Origin: Monocercomonoides exilis PA203
Lineage: Eukaryota; Protista; Preaxostyla
DNA length: 64,000 bases
NCBI GenBank assembly: GCA_001643675.2
Contig: LSRY02000021.1
Span: forward strand, 806,001 to 870,000
Reading direction: 5' to 3'
Made by a program: the position numbers and the translations under genes. How positions within the stretch are numbered: the first letter of the stretch is position 1; each line of letters starts with the position of its first letter. The notes beneath the pieces are model-generated. The model had not been told where the DNA came from. It worked only from the letters and a program-made list of their open reading frames with translations, and ran no database searches. This document shows, in pieces, positions 9,819 to 22,665 of this stretch.

Positions 9819-12800
9819 TCAAAATAATGGGAAGCCAATGCTCCAAATTTCAACAATACTTGGTCGAAAGTGTCTTTCGCCTGCTAAGAATATTTGCGCA
9901 TCGTTTTGAGATAGCATCCCTGTTCTGTAATTGTGTTCTATCTCTGATCTACAATCTTCAAAATCTCCCTGATAAACGGTTTTTTTATTCAATAAAATAT
10001 TTGAAAAAACGAAAAATAATAAACAAGAGAAGAGAAAAAGTTAAATAAAAATCGAAAATTGCAAAATAAAAATAAATAAATAAATAAATAAAAAAGGGCA
10101 AACCGAAAAGACAAGATCCTGTTCACCCCACGAAATGAAACGAGGATCTCCGTAAAGAATGCATATATCGTCGCCTGATGGAGAAAACGGTATCTTCACT
10201 TGATGGTTCATTGAAAACAAAAATGATTGAAGAGAACCAAATCTGTTCGTTTTAATTTCAATTTCAATTTCAATTTTTTTTTCCCCAAACGAATTCGTAA
10301 AAATCCATCAAAATATTAAATAGAATTAGATTTCGAAGAGATGAAGAAGGAATGCAACAGGAATAAATTCAGCACATTTTTTTTTCAAATTTGAAAATGA
10401 TACATATAATTCATAGAAAAAAAAAACATAATAATAATAAAGATTTTGACTAAAGATAATAATAAAAGCAGACTTTACACAATTTGAATTCCAGGCTGAT
10501 GAAGCATAACCTCCAAAAACATGTGTTCCATTTCGTGCTATTAACAAAGTTGTTCCTTTGCCATCGCAGCACTTATGAAATTCTCTGTTAAAAAAGGAAA
10601 GAATAGGAAAGGAAAATATTGGATGAAAGTTAATTGTTTTGATTTGAAATAAAGAAATTTTGGAATAATTAATCTTTATTTGTGCACACTTCATAGAGAA
10701 TCCATTTATTTGCGTTGAAAAAAGGAGTGCAGTGTATGGCTCGTATGAACATGGCAGATTGTTAACTAAGATTTCTGCTTCGGATTGATTAAGAATCATT
10801 GAATTCTACATGAAATCACACAAAATACAATATTTCACATATGATAATGAACAAGTTTTCAAAAAGGAATAAAAACACGTTAAATAAGTGCCATAAGTAC
10901 GTTTTAAACAAGAAAAAAAATGTAATTTCCAAACCTTCAAAGGCTCGACTTTCCTTACTAATGAAAGAGACTTTGACAAATGGCTCTTTTTCTTTTCTGC
11001 AATCGCCATCATGTTGAACGGTGTGGACTGAAACACTTTCGCAAACGACGAAGGCTGGTTTGAATTATCATCTGGAAGTGGAGAAGGATAAGACGACGGA
11101 TGCTGTGAAGAAGACGAATAAGCTGTTTGTTCAGAAGAAGGCATCACATTCATCGACTCATTCAAAAACGATGGAGGCTCTTCTGTTTCATCTCCCTTTT
11201 GAAGCTGTTGTTTCAACTGCAAATCTTCGTTTTTTGCTGCTGTTTCGTTTCTAACAGCCAAATTCTGCTCTGTCTGAAGCAGCCCATCCGACGCTTTCCG
11301 CTCGTTTTCTATCAAATTTGCCTTCTGCTTTGGCTCAACAGACTCAACCGACGAGAAAGGAGAGAAAACAGAAGAAGGCGAATGAATCGAAGAGAGATTC
11401 GGCATTGCTCCCTTTTGACTGGAATTTGGCTGCGTTTCGTTGGATCTTGGGTCACCTTCGTGTGGCTGGGAAACAGTTGATGAAGATGGAATTGGCTCAA
11501 AAACAGTTCGAAATTCACTTTCGGGCAAAGCACTGCGCGAAGAATCTGACGCATCTGAATGATTTGCAGCAGATGCAGCGTATTGTGTGGTGGGTTCAGA
11601 AGGAAATGAAGAAGAAGAAGATGATGAAGATGAAGATGATGAAGCAGAAGCAGAAGCAGAAGTAGCAGTACTCGTCTGTTGATTTCCTCCAGCAGCAACA
11701 GGCTGTGCAGCGGCAGTCGATGCAAACTGCGATGCCTGTGCAAGTGGTGTGGGCGTTGGTGCTCTCTTCCTCATTGCTGCTGCTCCTCCTCCTCCTCCTC
11801 CCTTCGCACAGAGCGAGTTCATCATCATCGGCACATCAAAGTCCAGCACAACCGGAGGAGCAGGTGTTGACGTGGAAGCTGCTCTCGAAGGAGTCTTCGG
11901 AGTGGAGGGAGAAGAAGGGCGGTTTGCAAAGGAAGGTGTTGGCGCACGCGAGGCGAGCTTTGCAGATGAAGTACGAGGAGGTGGGGGAGGTGCTGTGGAG
12001 GAGGGCCGGTTGATCGATGGCTGAGGTTGTTGTTGTTGTGCTGCTTGTGAAGGAGCAGGCGACTGAACAAACTGTCTGTCAGCAACAATTGGTGTGTGCA
12101 TCGACTTTCGAGGCGTTTGGGAAGGAGAAAAAGCTGAAGAAGAAGATGAAGAAGAAGCCGATGCCGAAGCAGACGCAGAAGAATGTGTTGGATGAAGAGA
12201 AGAAGAAGAAGAAGGGGCAGGAGGAGGCGGAGGTGTTGCCAAAGGAACAGCCAACGAGGGAGAAGTTGCCTGGTGCGCGTCATAACTCTGCTGTGCCGAT
12301 ATGTTCTCCAACATAACCCTCTGCCTCTCCTGCATCCGAATAAGCTCTTCTCTTTCCCTCCTCTCCGCCTCTTCCTTCTCTGCCTTTTCTCTCTCGATCC
12401 TTTCCTTCGTCTGCTTCGCCTTCACCAGCTGTGCTTGAGAAATGCGCAGTTTCCACCAGTCGCTGCTCTTCACTTTCTGATAGTTTGCCCCGAGTCCTGT
12501 GCCAGCCTCGAAGAAAGCGTCTTCCTGGTCCAGCGCAGCGGCAGAGATGGACGGCGGGAGGAGAGCATCAAGGGCATCTTGTTCGATGTGGATGGCAGAC
12601 ATGCTGGAGGATGATGAGGAGTAAGGGGAAGAAGAAGAAGAGGAGGAGGAGGAGGAGGATGAAAATGGAGATGAGTAAGGAGAAGAATCCATTCCGTATG
12701 TTGTGTGATATCCAGAGGAAGTAACAGGCTGTGTGTGAAGTGAAGAAGAAGTCAGATGTGACGGGAAAGAAGTGAACGACGACGCAGCTTCAGGATGACG

Positions 12801-14397
12801 TGGTGAGGCGTTCGTGTGAGTTGGAGAAGGAGCAGATGTGCTGCTTCGCTGCGAAGAAGAAGAAGAAGAAGAAGATGATGATGATGAGGGGTAAGAAGAG
12901 GAAGAGGAGGAGGAAGAAGAAGAGCTTTGACGTGCTGAGTAATCAGAAAGTGGCTGGCTCCTCTGCTCGTTTGGAGGCGTTTGTGAAGTGGACAGGAAAG
13001 AAGAAGGATAACTTGGCGGCAGCTGGCCAGAGGCAGTTCTTTCGTGTGCACTGGATGCTTCTACTGCTTCTGCTGATGCTATAGCTGCTTCACCAGCTGC
13101 TGTTGCCTCGCTGCCTGGGAGTGGTTTGAAGTCCATGGAACGATCGATGAATGAATCAGAAGAAGAAGAAGAAGAAGAAGAATCTTGAAGCAGTTGGAGA
13201 TCTGATGCGTAGTATGGGTTCATTGCCTCTAATCTTCGGTCGATTTCCTTCAGATTCTCGTCGAGCTCTGGAAATGGATTTGGTCCAACGATCACCTAAA
13301 TCAATAAATATTCGGAAAGAAGAAGAAGAAGAAGAAGTTAAATAATAATTTGAAAGGATGAATTACTTTGACAAAAAGAAAAGAAAAGAAAAGAAATAGA
13401 AAGAAAGAAAGAATATAAGAATAAACATCCAACACACACACACACACACACACACTCTCTCTCTCTCTCTCTCATTCTCCACACTTTATTCATCACCACC
13501 ACATTCGGGTCGATAAGAGCCGCGTCGTGTGGCACTATCATCGTCTGCTGCAGCTCCGCCTCCATCTGCTGCTGTGCTGCGCGCGTCGAAAGATACTTTG
13601 CCGGAGCCATTCGTGTCGTTAAGTAGTCCATGAATGTGTCTGTCCAGTCGATTTGCCCCGCCACCCGCTTCAGCTCGGTCTCTTGTGAAAGAAGATAGCT
13701 GAGCTTTGTCTCGCAGATGAGACGCACTTTTGACATGGCGGCGTTGAAGACAGACTCGAGATAAGTTTTGGCCTTTGGATGATGGTTATTCGGAGTTGAT
13801 AAAAGAAAATAAAACAAAAGAAAATAAAAGAAAAGAAAAGTTTTGAAGGAAAAAACGAGAAAGTTATTTTATTTTATTTATTAAATTTATTAAAAAATGT
13901 ATTCACAAACTGTATTGAATGAATTCCTGATTGATTCTGTCTTCCCTTCAATAATAGCCAGCTGCTCTGCAATTTGCGTCTTCTTTCTTTCCGCATTTGT
14001 TGAGTCCTGTTTTCATAATAATTTAGAAGTTAAAAATAAATATTGTTTTATTTTTCAGTGAAATAATTGCAATTTTGATAGAAAACACAAAGAAAATACA
14101 AAGAAAATACAAAGAAATCCAAAGAAATTCACAGAAATCCAAAGAAATCCACAAAAAATTGATTGAAAAAAATAGAAAACACCAAAAATTCATTCGTTCA
14201 AAACACACTCTTTTCTGTTCTCCTGTCTGCATCCGAAACATGTCTGTCACTTTCTTCAGCTCGTGGAACGCTTTCTCCCCTGTTGAATGATGGCCAATCA
14301 TTTTGCATTCCACGCAGAGAGGAATTCCGCAAGTGGGGCAGAAGTAGTCGAGCCTTTGAAGCGGATGATCGCGACACCACGTGATGGTTCCTTCATG

Positions 14398-14435
<38 letters not shown>

Positions 14436-15687
14436 ATATTTGAAATAGAAAACAAATGAATTGGAAAGAAGTTGTAGTGGAAGAAGAAGAAGAAAATAAT
14501 TATTGCAACAAGCGGTGGTTTAATTTAAAAAAAAAAAAAAGAAAGGAAAGAAGAAAGAAAAATTTTATTTTATTTTATTTACGTCCTTTAAATACAAAAT
14601 ATATTTACAACACAAACCTCATCTATTGGTCTGCGCTTGTGGCGTGCAATAACATCGTTTGCCCTGTGGATCTCCTGATCGCAGTCAGGGCACAAATACA
14701 CCTCATCGGCGGTGCAATACACAGTTGCTCTGTTTTGCTGGCAGTTGTTGCACATAATTATCTGAAGAAGCACGCATGTCATATCCAAAGGAATGGGATA
14801 AAAAAAGGATTCATCAATGTTTATTTATTTTATTCTCTATCAAAAATTTTAAATAATTCACACATTTTTAAGAAGATCATCCGCAGGATTGTAATCGAAT
14901 CGGACAAGGTACAGAGGCTCTACGCAATGAGGATCAACAATGTAATAATCTTGCTCAAATGGTTGCTCTTTTGCGATTGAATCGAAATGCTCAGAACCAA
15001 ACCGTAATGTTTCTGAATCTGAAATGTCAAAAATAAAATACAAATACAAAAATGTGAAAACTAATGCATTTTGCTCAAATGGAAATGACATTCATGCCTT
15101 CTGTCTCTGGAAGTTTCACATATAAAGAATCAAAGCCTTTTTGAATTGTTTTTGGTAATGAAGATAAAACATCTTTTCCAGCAGGAGGAAATACAACAAG
15201 CGAATTTCCCACGCAAATCTTGCAAAATAAAAATTCGTATCTTCTTCGTATTTGTTCTGCAGAAAATATAAAAAATTGCGCACAAATTAAACTCATAAAA
15301 AGCCATACCATTACGCTTCACTCGGATAGTTCCAGTGTGAAAAAGAGAACCAGAAGCGTTAAATGAAAAGCCCCTCTTGCAAACATCTGAAAGACTGTTT
15401 TCCATTGTCAACTTTGACGTATTAACCCAAGAGTGAAGAACGTTCTTTCCCTGAAAAAGAGAATTTGTAAATTATTTTGTTTAAGAAAATTAAATAAAAA
15501 AATATACTTCACTTCTTTGGTGGAATCTTTTTGAAACATTGTCATTGGCAATCTTCCATATTTCGCTGATTACAGGAGAGCAAGATCGCATCGATAAAAA
15601 GAGCTGAATTTTTTTATTTCAATTGTCAAACAAGAATTCTGAAAAGTCACACATGTGCTTCAAGACGACTCCATTGCTCTGTATCAT
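9819..15687 (-). CDS. Multi-exon B-box zinc finger / coiled-coil / Ser-Pro low-complexity / TLDc protein with an N-terminal globular domain (possibly ADP-ribosyltransferase-like); start approximate
   Basis: Exon pieces: CNNCQQNRATVYCTADEVYLCPDCDQEIH...H (B-box1); CxEC-KMIGHH (B-box2); helical region at 13490-13770; 829-aa low-complexity exon; TLDc motifs LLFSTQINGFS, FHKCCDGKGTTL, VFGGYASSAW, SFLFS and terminal VEIW, with TGA at 9819-9821. AT-rich introns lie between the pieces. Confidence 0.8.
13432..13473. repeat. Compound (CA)n-(CT)n microsatellite in intron
   Basis: Directly visible. Confidence 0.9.
14399..14434. repeat. (TG)n microsatellite
   Basis: About 17 uninterrupted TG units. Confidence 0.95.
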
Positions 15688-16042
15688 GATTAATTTTACT
15701 ATGTTGAGTCAGAAAATCGTCCATCACAAAAATTATGAATTTGAAGCAAATAAAAAAATAAAATGATGGTCATATTTTTGCTTTATTTTTGTTGACAAAA
15801 TTTCTTTCCAAGAATAATAAGAATTTTATTTTTGAAACATTAAATTGAAACAATAAATGCTTTTCTTTATTTAAAGCAATAATTTCAACCTTTCTTTTTG
15901 TGTATTGCATTTTTTTTGAAAAAGAAAAGTTAATACAAAATGTTCTCTATCGGTTCATTTTTTTTTAAATTTCACCTTTTCTCGAACAATCCTTTTGTGC
16001 ACATTCATTTGCAATGTTTAGACAAATTCTCATTTTAAAGAT

Positions 16043-17695
16043 TTGATAAGGTTAAGATCAAATTTTTTGTTAATTTTTTTTCTTTCTGTTGTTGCTTTTG
16101 TTTGCCGAAGGACATTGAGGATGCACCAGATGAATAGCATAAGTGTTGTTGAGTCATTATATAAACAAGTTTCTTTTTCGTTTCCTGAAAAGGCACATTC
16201 ATTACAATATTTGCTTGATGAATTATTCTCCAAACTTACAAATCTCCCTGATGATACTTTAACAAATGTTATTACAAGCGATTTTGTACGTTCGTTGATT
16301 GCTGTATGCGGAGATATGCAATCTGAAACTGAGCTTCACGCTCTTTTTTTTGTTCTTCGGATTTCCGAACTTGGAGTTGAGGTTGGTGGGACGTACAATG
16401 AATTTAAAGATCCGTTTCTTAGAAGTGGGGTTATTGATTTCTTAAAGAGTTTATTGAAGAAGAACAAATTTAGTTATCCAAAAACAACACTTGTTGCTTC
16501 AATAATATCATCTTTGTTTCATGGACGAAGTATTGATGCATTTGTGCTCGAACAAATTGCTTATGGATTGACGCATGGGATCGAAGAGGCTGAGGAGATG
16601 GAAGATGAACAAGATATTTTAGTTGGAATATTGAAGGCTACGAGAAGCGTTTGCGACAATAGAGCAAATATAACTGCACTTGCCAACAAAGAAGTTCATC
16701 GCAAAGTTGTTGAATGCTTAAATCATGAAAATTGGGAGATCGTTGGACAGAGTTTAAAATTACTTGCTTCAATGACCAGATTGCCACAAGTTGCTAATGA
16801 TCTCTCATTACGCTTTAGTATATTTGGAGTTCTCAATAATGTTATAAACAGACGTTCATCGAAAGAATCATCGTTGCCTTCTGTTCCTTCGCACATTATT
16901 GTGAGTTGTGCGCGCCTTACATGCGCCTTAGCATCGTATCAATGGTACTCATCATTCTTTTTGACAAAAGTATTGGCTTCTGTAAAGAAAAATCGAATTA
17001 CTTCATCTATGTCTTCATCTATATCTCCTCAAACGTTTGATTCAAATCTCGTTCTGACATTCATTCGCATGCTTTACGAATCAACGATTCCTCTGTCCGA
17101 AAGCTTTGCGGATGCTCAATACGAACGGGTTTTGACTCACTCGATTCTTGTTCAGGATTCATGTTTATATGCAATGTCAAAATTGCTCGAAGTGCAGGAC
17201 TGCTTTTTGTGGATAAATATTATGAAGGCAATCAAAGCTGTGCCAGATGCTGCCAATTTCTCTGGAATTATTGATGAAGCTACTTGCTTTCCGTTAACTC
17301 TATTTAGAATGGTTACAAGTTCGCAATCTGCTGTACCAACTCAGCTCTTCAATACAATTTTGCAAGTGTTCCGCTGTTTTGATGGCATGCTTGATGAAGT
17401 GACTTCGGGAAATTCTGTTGAATTAGTATCAGAAATAGTGCAATTTGAGGTTCTCAATTATGTGAAGTGGCTTTTTGCTCTTGCTGAAGAAGAAGGTTTG
17501 GAAGATGCCCTGATAATGAGAATGGTTTCGTTAATGCAGAAAACGGAAAGGGATGAAGTGGAAATGACAACTTATGGGATTCAAGGATGGCAGAACATGT
17601 CGGTTATTAACGAGGAAATGCTGCATTCGTCGCAGACTGTTCTGGAAGTGTTAAAAATTGGAATTGTTTGCAACAGGAAATCATTTCCTAGTTGA
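16043..17695 (+). CDS. Hypothetical helical/armadillo-like protein with C-terminal EEEGxED motif (true start may be ATG 16121 or an upstream exon)
   Basis: 550-aa ORF with ARM-like segments (GVIDFLKSLL, VVECLNHENWEIVGQSLKLLASM) and LAEEEGLEDAL. Confidence 0.7.
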   Translation: MIRLRSNFLLIFFLSVVAFVCRRTLRMHQMNSISVVESLYKQVSFSFPEKAHSLQYLLDELFSKLTNLPDDTLTNVITSDFVRSLIAVCGDMQSETELHALFFVLRISELGVEVGGTYNEFKDPFLRSGVIDFLKSLLKKNKFSYPKTTLVASIISSLFHGRSIDAFVLEQIAYGLTHGIEEAEEMEDEQDILVGILKATRSVCDNRANITALANKEVHRKVVECLNHENWEIVGQSLKLLASMTRLPQVANDLSLRFSIFGVLNNVINRRSSKESSLPSVPSHIIVSCARLTCALASYQWYSSFFLTKVLASVKKNRITSSMSSSISPQTFDSNLVLTFIRMLYESTIPLSESFADAQYERVLTHSILVQDSCLYAMSKLLEVQDCFLWINIMKAIKAVPDAANFSGIIDEATCFPLTLFRMVTSSQSAVPTQLFNTILQVFRCFDGMLDEVTSGNSVELVSEIVQFEVLNYVKWLFALAEEEGLEDALIMRMVSLMQKTERDEVEMTTYGIQGWQNMSVINEEMLHSSQTVLEVLKIGIVCNRKSFPS

Positions 17696-18541
17696 AAATA
17701 GGAGAGCTACCAAAGTAATCGGTATTGCTTTGTTGACCATTTATTGAACATTTTTTTATCTTTTTTTTGAGTTATATGTAAATAATTTGCATTTTTTGTG
17801 TTGGATATTACTGTTTACGTTGAAGTTTATGTTTCAAGACGATTTTAAATCGTCGATACGTTTGTGTAATGTTGTGATTCCTTATTTTTTAGTTGTTATT
17901 TTTAAGTCGGAGGTGCATATGATATTTTCTATGCATACATATAAAAAATGCTCTTCGTGGAGTTCTTGCTTCTGGGTTATCTGCCCAGGATCAGATTCCA
18001 TTTGATGAGTGATAACAATAAGCAATCGCTTAGCAAATATTCTATAATGTCATAACTTTAAATAAAAAAATGCTATTTTTATTGAATGAAAATATTTATT
18101 ATCATTTCAATTTCGCTCTTCAATTAGATGGATCTTGGCCATACTATTAATTGAATAACATCTTTACTGGACTTTTTTGGAAAGATGAAATGATATCCCA
18201 AGCTATTCCCCAAGATAATGTTTGAATTTATTTTTGATTTGCGAAGAAGCAGTTTCAAGAATTGAATTCTTTCTTGGATTATGAAATTTTAATTTTTTCA
18301 TATTTACGATTCAAAGAGAGAAATAAAATGTTCTAATCAAAATGTAACATACGCAAATATAGCATCTTTTCCTGTTGATAGATTAAAAGAAATTCAAGAA
18401 ACATTTATAAATTCAGCGCAGAGAATAACGAAATATGAAGATTCTTTACTCTTATCAGGAGAAAGCAGTATTTACGGATCTTCTAAAGCAAGCGAACACC
18501 TAAACAATTGGAAGGATTTTTCTGAAGCTAGGATAGACAAC

Positions 18542-20716
18542 TTGTCCAGGGACATTTTACCGAATTATGTATTGCCAGAGAGAAAATTATCATATAATCG
18601 AAAATTTTTAAATGGCGCGAGAGAAAAAAATTGTAGCAAGATGAAAAATAAAGACTTCGAAGAAATTTCAAACTTTAATTCGGGAGATGTTACAAAAAGT
18701 GAAGTTTTTACAGTTGAAAAAAGTTTAACTCCGAGTTTACAAAAAGATTTTGAATCAAGGCAAGTAATCGATTGTTACACTTGGAAGGCAGCACAATTAG
18801 ATAGAGACTTAACTTATTCTCCAACGCATCGTGCGTTTTATACGTCCTCGTCTTTGTATGACACAAACTTCACTCAATCAACATCTTCTTCATCAAAATT
18901 TCCTTTTAAATTTACTGAAATCTGCTCGGACGTTTCAAGCAGTCAAAAGAATAAATTGGATGCTGATATTAATTTTGTCCTTGAAGAAAATGAATATGTT
19001 AGAACTTATAAACTCGATGCTTTACGCGATTCATCAAAAGTTGGATCAATAGAAACAATATTCCATCCTTCCTTACCAATTCGAAATATGACTGATTGCA
19101 AAGAAGATGGGAAGGACACAAAAATAGCGTTGAACAGAGTCAAAGGAGAGGCTGAAAGTGGGAAATGCGAAAATATCAGTGAAGCACATATTAGCAAAAG
19201 TTCTTTGGAAAACAGAATAGCTGGGATATCTGTTGGGAAGAACTTTGCGAGAGGAGATTTGATTGCAGTAGATGGGAAAGGAAGAAGCCCAGAGTCGATC
19301 TGCAGAGAAAGAGAAATGCTGAAGAAATGGAGAGAAGAAGACAACTCATTCTGGAAGAGCGAAATAAAAAGAAAGAGGAGGAAGAGAATGAATGAAATTA
19401 TGATTGAAGATGAAGAAAAAAGCAACAGAGAACAGATGTTGCATAAACTTTTGAAAGAAGAAGACGACAGCGACGACTATAACGAAGAAGATGATGACGA
19501 AGAGAAAGAAGCCAAAGGAAAAAAAATAATTGAGGGGAAAAGGAGGAAGATGATAGAGAAGCAGATTGAGGAAGCGAATGAGTATTATGAGAAATACGGT
19601 GTGTGGATTGAGAAAGGGTGGAAGACAGGGGCAGGTGAAGCAGAGATGTGGGAAGAAGGGCATTATGCTGCAACTATGAAGGGAAGCGATAATTATAGTG
19701 AAGAATCGGATACTGATGGAAGAAGTTTGAAAGATATAAAAGTAAAAAAATTGGAAAAAACGAGAAAAGCAGAAAAAAAGATGAAAGAAAAAGATGAAAC
19801 AGGGAAAATGAGAATGGAAATTAGGGAATATGACAGTAATACTGAAAGGAGTATGGATCGTATGAGGAAGGATAAAGAAATTCCCAACACTTCTATTGAA
19901 TTGCCTGCAATGCCCAAAGTGGAAGCGCGTTGCATTAGTGGAGGATTTTATGAATTTGAGAGAAAAAGCTTTGGCTACCATTCAAAAGAAAGGAAAGAAA
20001 GCAATCAAAAGAGACATATTTTGAAATGGGGCGAGAGAGCAATCACAGATGGAGGGCATGCTAATGCGAAAGAAGAAGGATGGTTGAGGCTGAAAGGTCT
20101 GAAGAGCAAAGAAGAAGATGAAATTTGGCGCATGAAAAGTTGGAGCGAAGAGTGGGGAGAGAATGTGGATGATGTTATGTGTATTCCGACTTTGAAGCAT
20201 CCTTCGTGGATTGAAAAGCTGAGCGGCGAACGTTTCCGCGAAAGGATTCTGAGTGTTGGATGCATTGAATGTGCTGAAAACAGGGGTGTTAATGAAGGAA
20301 AACAAGGTGCGGAAGATAAAGATAAAGATATGAAGGTGAAGGAGAAGACGAATCAACAGAAAACAAAAGGGAAAGAGCACATGATTGTGACTTTGATGGT
20401 TGGTTTCTGGCTATGCAGAGCAAGAAATGACCGGGAAAGGAAATTCAGTGTTTCCAGCAACGAAAGCAAAGGAACGGATCCTCCAAACTGGAAGATTGGT
20501 AAAATGCGCGAGCGAGCTTTTCAAGAAAAGCGCAAGAATGATTTTTTGAAGATTAGTCTGCTGAAAAGAAATGAGGGATTTAATGAAATGGAATGGAAGC
20601 ATATGTGGTGTTTTGATGAGTTTTGGTTGTCACAGCGACAAAAGAAGAGAAGAAATAACCCAAACAAAGAAAAAAGGAGGATAATGAAACTTAAAAAACA
20701 AACTGGTTATGAATAA
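18542..20716 (+). CDS. Hypothetical Glu/Lys-rich protein (upstream exons probable, 5' end unresolved)
   Basis: 724-codon ORF with purine-rich coding-like composition and no recognisable domain. Confidence 0.55.
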   Translation: MSRDILPNYVLPERKLSYNRKFLNGAREKNCSKMKNKDFEEISNFNSGDVTKSEVFTVEKSLTPSLQKDFESRQVIDCYTWKAAQLDRDLTYSPTHRAFYTSSSLYDTNFTQSTSSSSKFPFKFTEICSDVSSSQKNKLDADINFVLEENEYVRTYKLDALRDSSKVGSIETIFHPSLPIRNMTDCKEDGKDTKIALNRVKGEAESGKCENISEAHISKSSLENRIAGISVGKNFARGDLIAVDGKGRSPESICREREMLKKWREEDNSFWKSEIKRKRRKRMNEIMIEDEEKSNREQMLHKLLKEEDDSDDYNEEDDDEEKEAKGKKIIEGKRRKMIEKQIEEANEYYEKYGVWIEKGWKTGAGEAEMWEEGHYAATMKGSDNYSEESDTDGRSLKDIKVKKLEKTRKAEKKMKEKDETGKMRMEIREYDSNTERSMDRMRKDKEIPNTSIELPAMPKVEARCISGGFYEFERKSFGYHSKERKESNQKRHILKWGERAITDGGHANAKEEGWLRLKGLKSKEEDEIWRMKSWSEEWGENVDDVMCIPTLKHPSWIEKLSGERFRERILSVGCIECAENRGVNEGKQGAEDKDKDMKVKEKTNQQKTKGKEHMIVTLMVGFWLCRARNDRERKFSVSSNESKGTDPPNWKIGKMRERAFQEKRKNDFLKISLLKRNEGFNEMEWKHMWCFDEFWLSQRQKKRRNNPNKEKRRIMKLKKQTGYE

Positions 20717-21322
20717 TTTAACAGCTGTATTTTTTTAAATAAAGGTCAAAAATGATCGAGCAAAGGATAGAATTACGCAGTCTTTTGTATTCTTAATATC
20801 GCAAAATTAAATGATGCAAAAAGCATTGGTAGCATTCTTCAAGTCGATTTCAAAAATAAAAATAAAAATAAAAAATAAAAAAAAATAAAAAAATTAAAAA
20901 AAAAAAAAAAAAAAAACAATCAATGGTTTTTGTTTTTTTTTTATCAATGTCTTTAAGGAATGCTGTGATTGCTGTCTGGCTCGAGCATACTCATCTGAGC
21001 TACATTTTTAAATATCTTCTTATCTTTTTGGCGTTCTCTTCTTACATTAATTTTTACAAACTTTGACTGAATGTTATTTTCGAATCCTGTGAAGCGTGAT
21101 GTCTCGATGTTTTTAGTTTATTGCAGAGTGTTGTGGCATTTTCCCCCTTTTTTAATTGAACAGTTATATATCTGTTACATTCTTTAAAATAATAATTCTA
21201 AATAATAAAATTGGAACAGTTATAATTAGAATGTTATATCGGCTGATTATTTTTTGAAGTCATCTTTTCTTTCGAGTTTAAATTTAGGGTCAATAATTTA
21301 TTTGTGCCCAAAAAATTAATCG

Positions 21323-22646
21323 GGACATAATACTTCTGGCTCTCCAGAGCACTTTTAGAAAAAAATAAATAACAGGAAACATTTAAAAAACTTATATTTA
21401 CTATTCCTGATAATATTTTTTATTTTTTGTGTTTTAGTGAAAAGATCTGGCGTTTTTTGTTTTATTTTTAAGATCAAAGACTTGCTCATATTTTCACGAG
21501 CTTTTTGTTTTGAGTGTTCAGAGTATTGTTATTGTTATTGAACATAACTTCTTTATAATTTTGGTTATTATTTTTCCATTTCACTAAATTTCGATCAATT
21601 GAAGAACACATTTGAATAAATAAGATTTTTGTTAATTGAAAAGCGAAAATATGAAAATTATCGACAAATAAAGATATATATGATCGTGATTATTATTTAA
21701 AAACTTGTTTTTGTATTTTCACTTCCTTTGCACATTTCAATCAATTTTCAATTACAGATATCGCATAAAATACCGGACAAGATCGATTTCTCAATGACCG
21801 AAAAAGGAATAATTCTGTAGATTTTCCTCAAAACACATCTCATTAATACAAACTCATTTGAAACACAAGACTTTCTAAAGAGCTTCATTTATGCTCAGAG
21901 AAATTTAATATCAAAATTTCGGGGGAAACTCAAAATCTAATTTCTCCGAGATTTCGATATATATTTTTACTGAACATAAACGAGGAAGTTTTGAAAGTCT
22001 TGTGTTTCAAATGAGTTTGTATTAATGAGATGTGTTTTGAGGAAAATCTACAGAATTATTCCTTTTTCGGTCATTGAGAAATCGATCTTGTCCGGTATTT
22101 TATGCGATATCTGTAATTGAAAAATTGATTGAAATGAACGTCACAAAAATTTAGAAATAAAACAACGTGATTTGAAGCAAAGGAAGTGAAAATACACAAA
22201 AACAAGTTTTTTAAATAATAATCACGATCATATATAATTGAAGATTTTCTTCCTTTTATATATCTTTATTTGTCGATAATTTTCATATTTTCGCTTTTCA
22301 ATTAACAAAAAATCTTATTTATTCAAATGTGTTCTTCAATTGATCGAAATTTAGTGAAATGGAAAAAATAATAAAAAAATGAAGTGTCAAACAAAGAAAA
22401 ATAACCAAAATTATAAAGAAGTTATGTTCAATAACAATAACAATACTCTGAACACTCAAAACAAAAAGCTCGTGAAAATATGAGCAAGTCTTTGATCTTA
22501 AAAATAAAACAAAAAACGCCAGATCTTTTCACTAAAACACAAAAAATAAAAAATATTATCAGGAATAGTAAATATAAGTTTTTTAAATGTTTCCTGTTAT
22601 TTATTTTTTTCTAAAAGTGCTCCGGAGAGCCAGAAATATTAGGTCC
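21323..22646. repeat. Long inverted repeat (fold-back): left arm ~21323-21875, spacer ~117 bp, right arm ~21993-22646
   Basis: ttctggctctccagagcacttttagaaa at 21334 is the reverse complement (1 mismatch) of tttctaaaagtgctccggagagccagaa ending at 22635. Inner ends ctcatttgaaacacaagactttc / gaaagtcttgtgtttcaaatgag. Arms are near-identical apart from three 25-40 bp indels. Confidence 0.95.
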
Positions 22647-22665
22647 AGACATAAAAAGGGGGATA

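Noticed and set aside
20850-20916. Long A-rich tract as retrocopy poly(A) tail
   Set aside because: No TSD visible, and similar A/T tracts are common in introns and intergenic DNA here.
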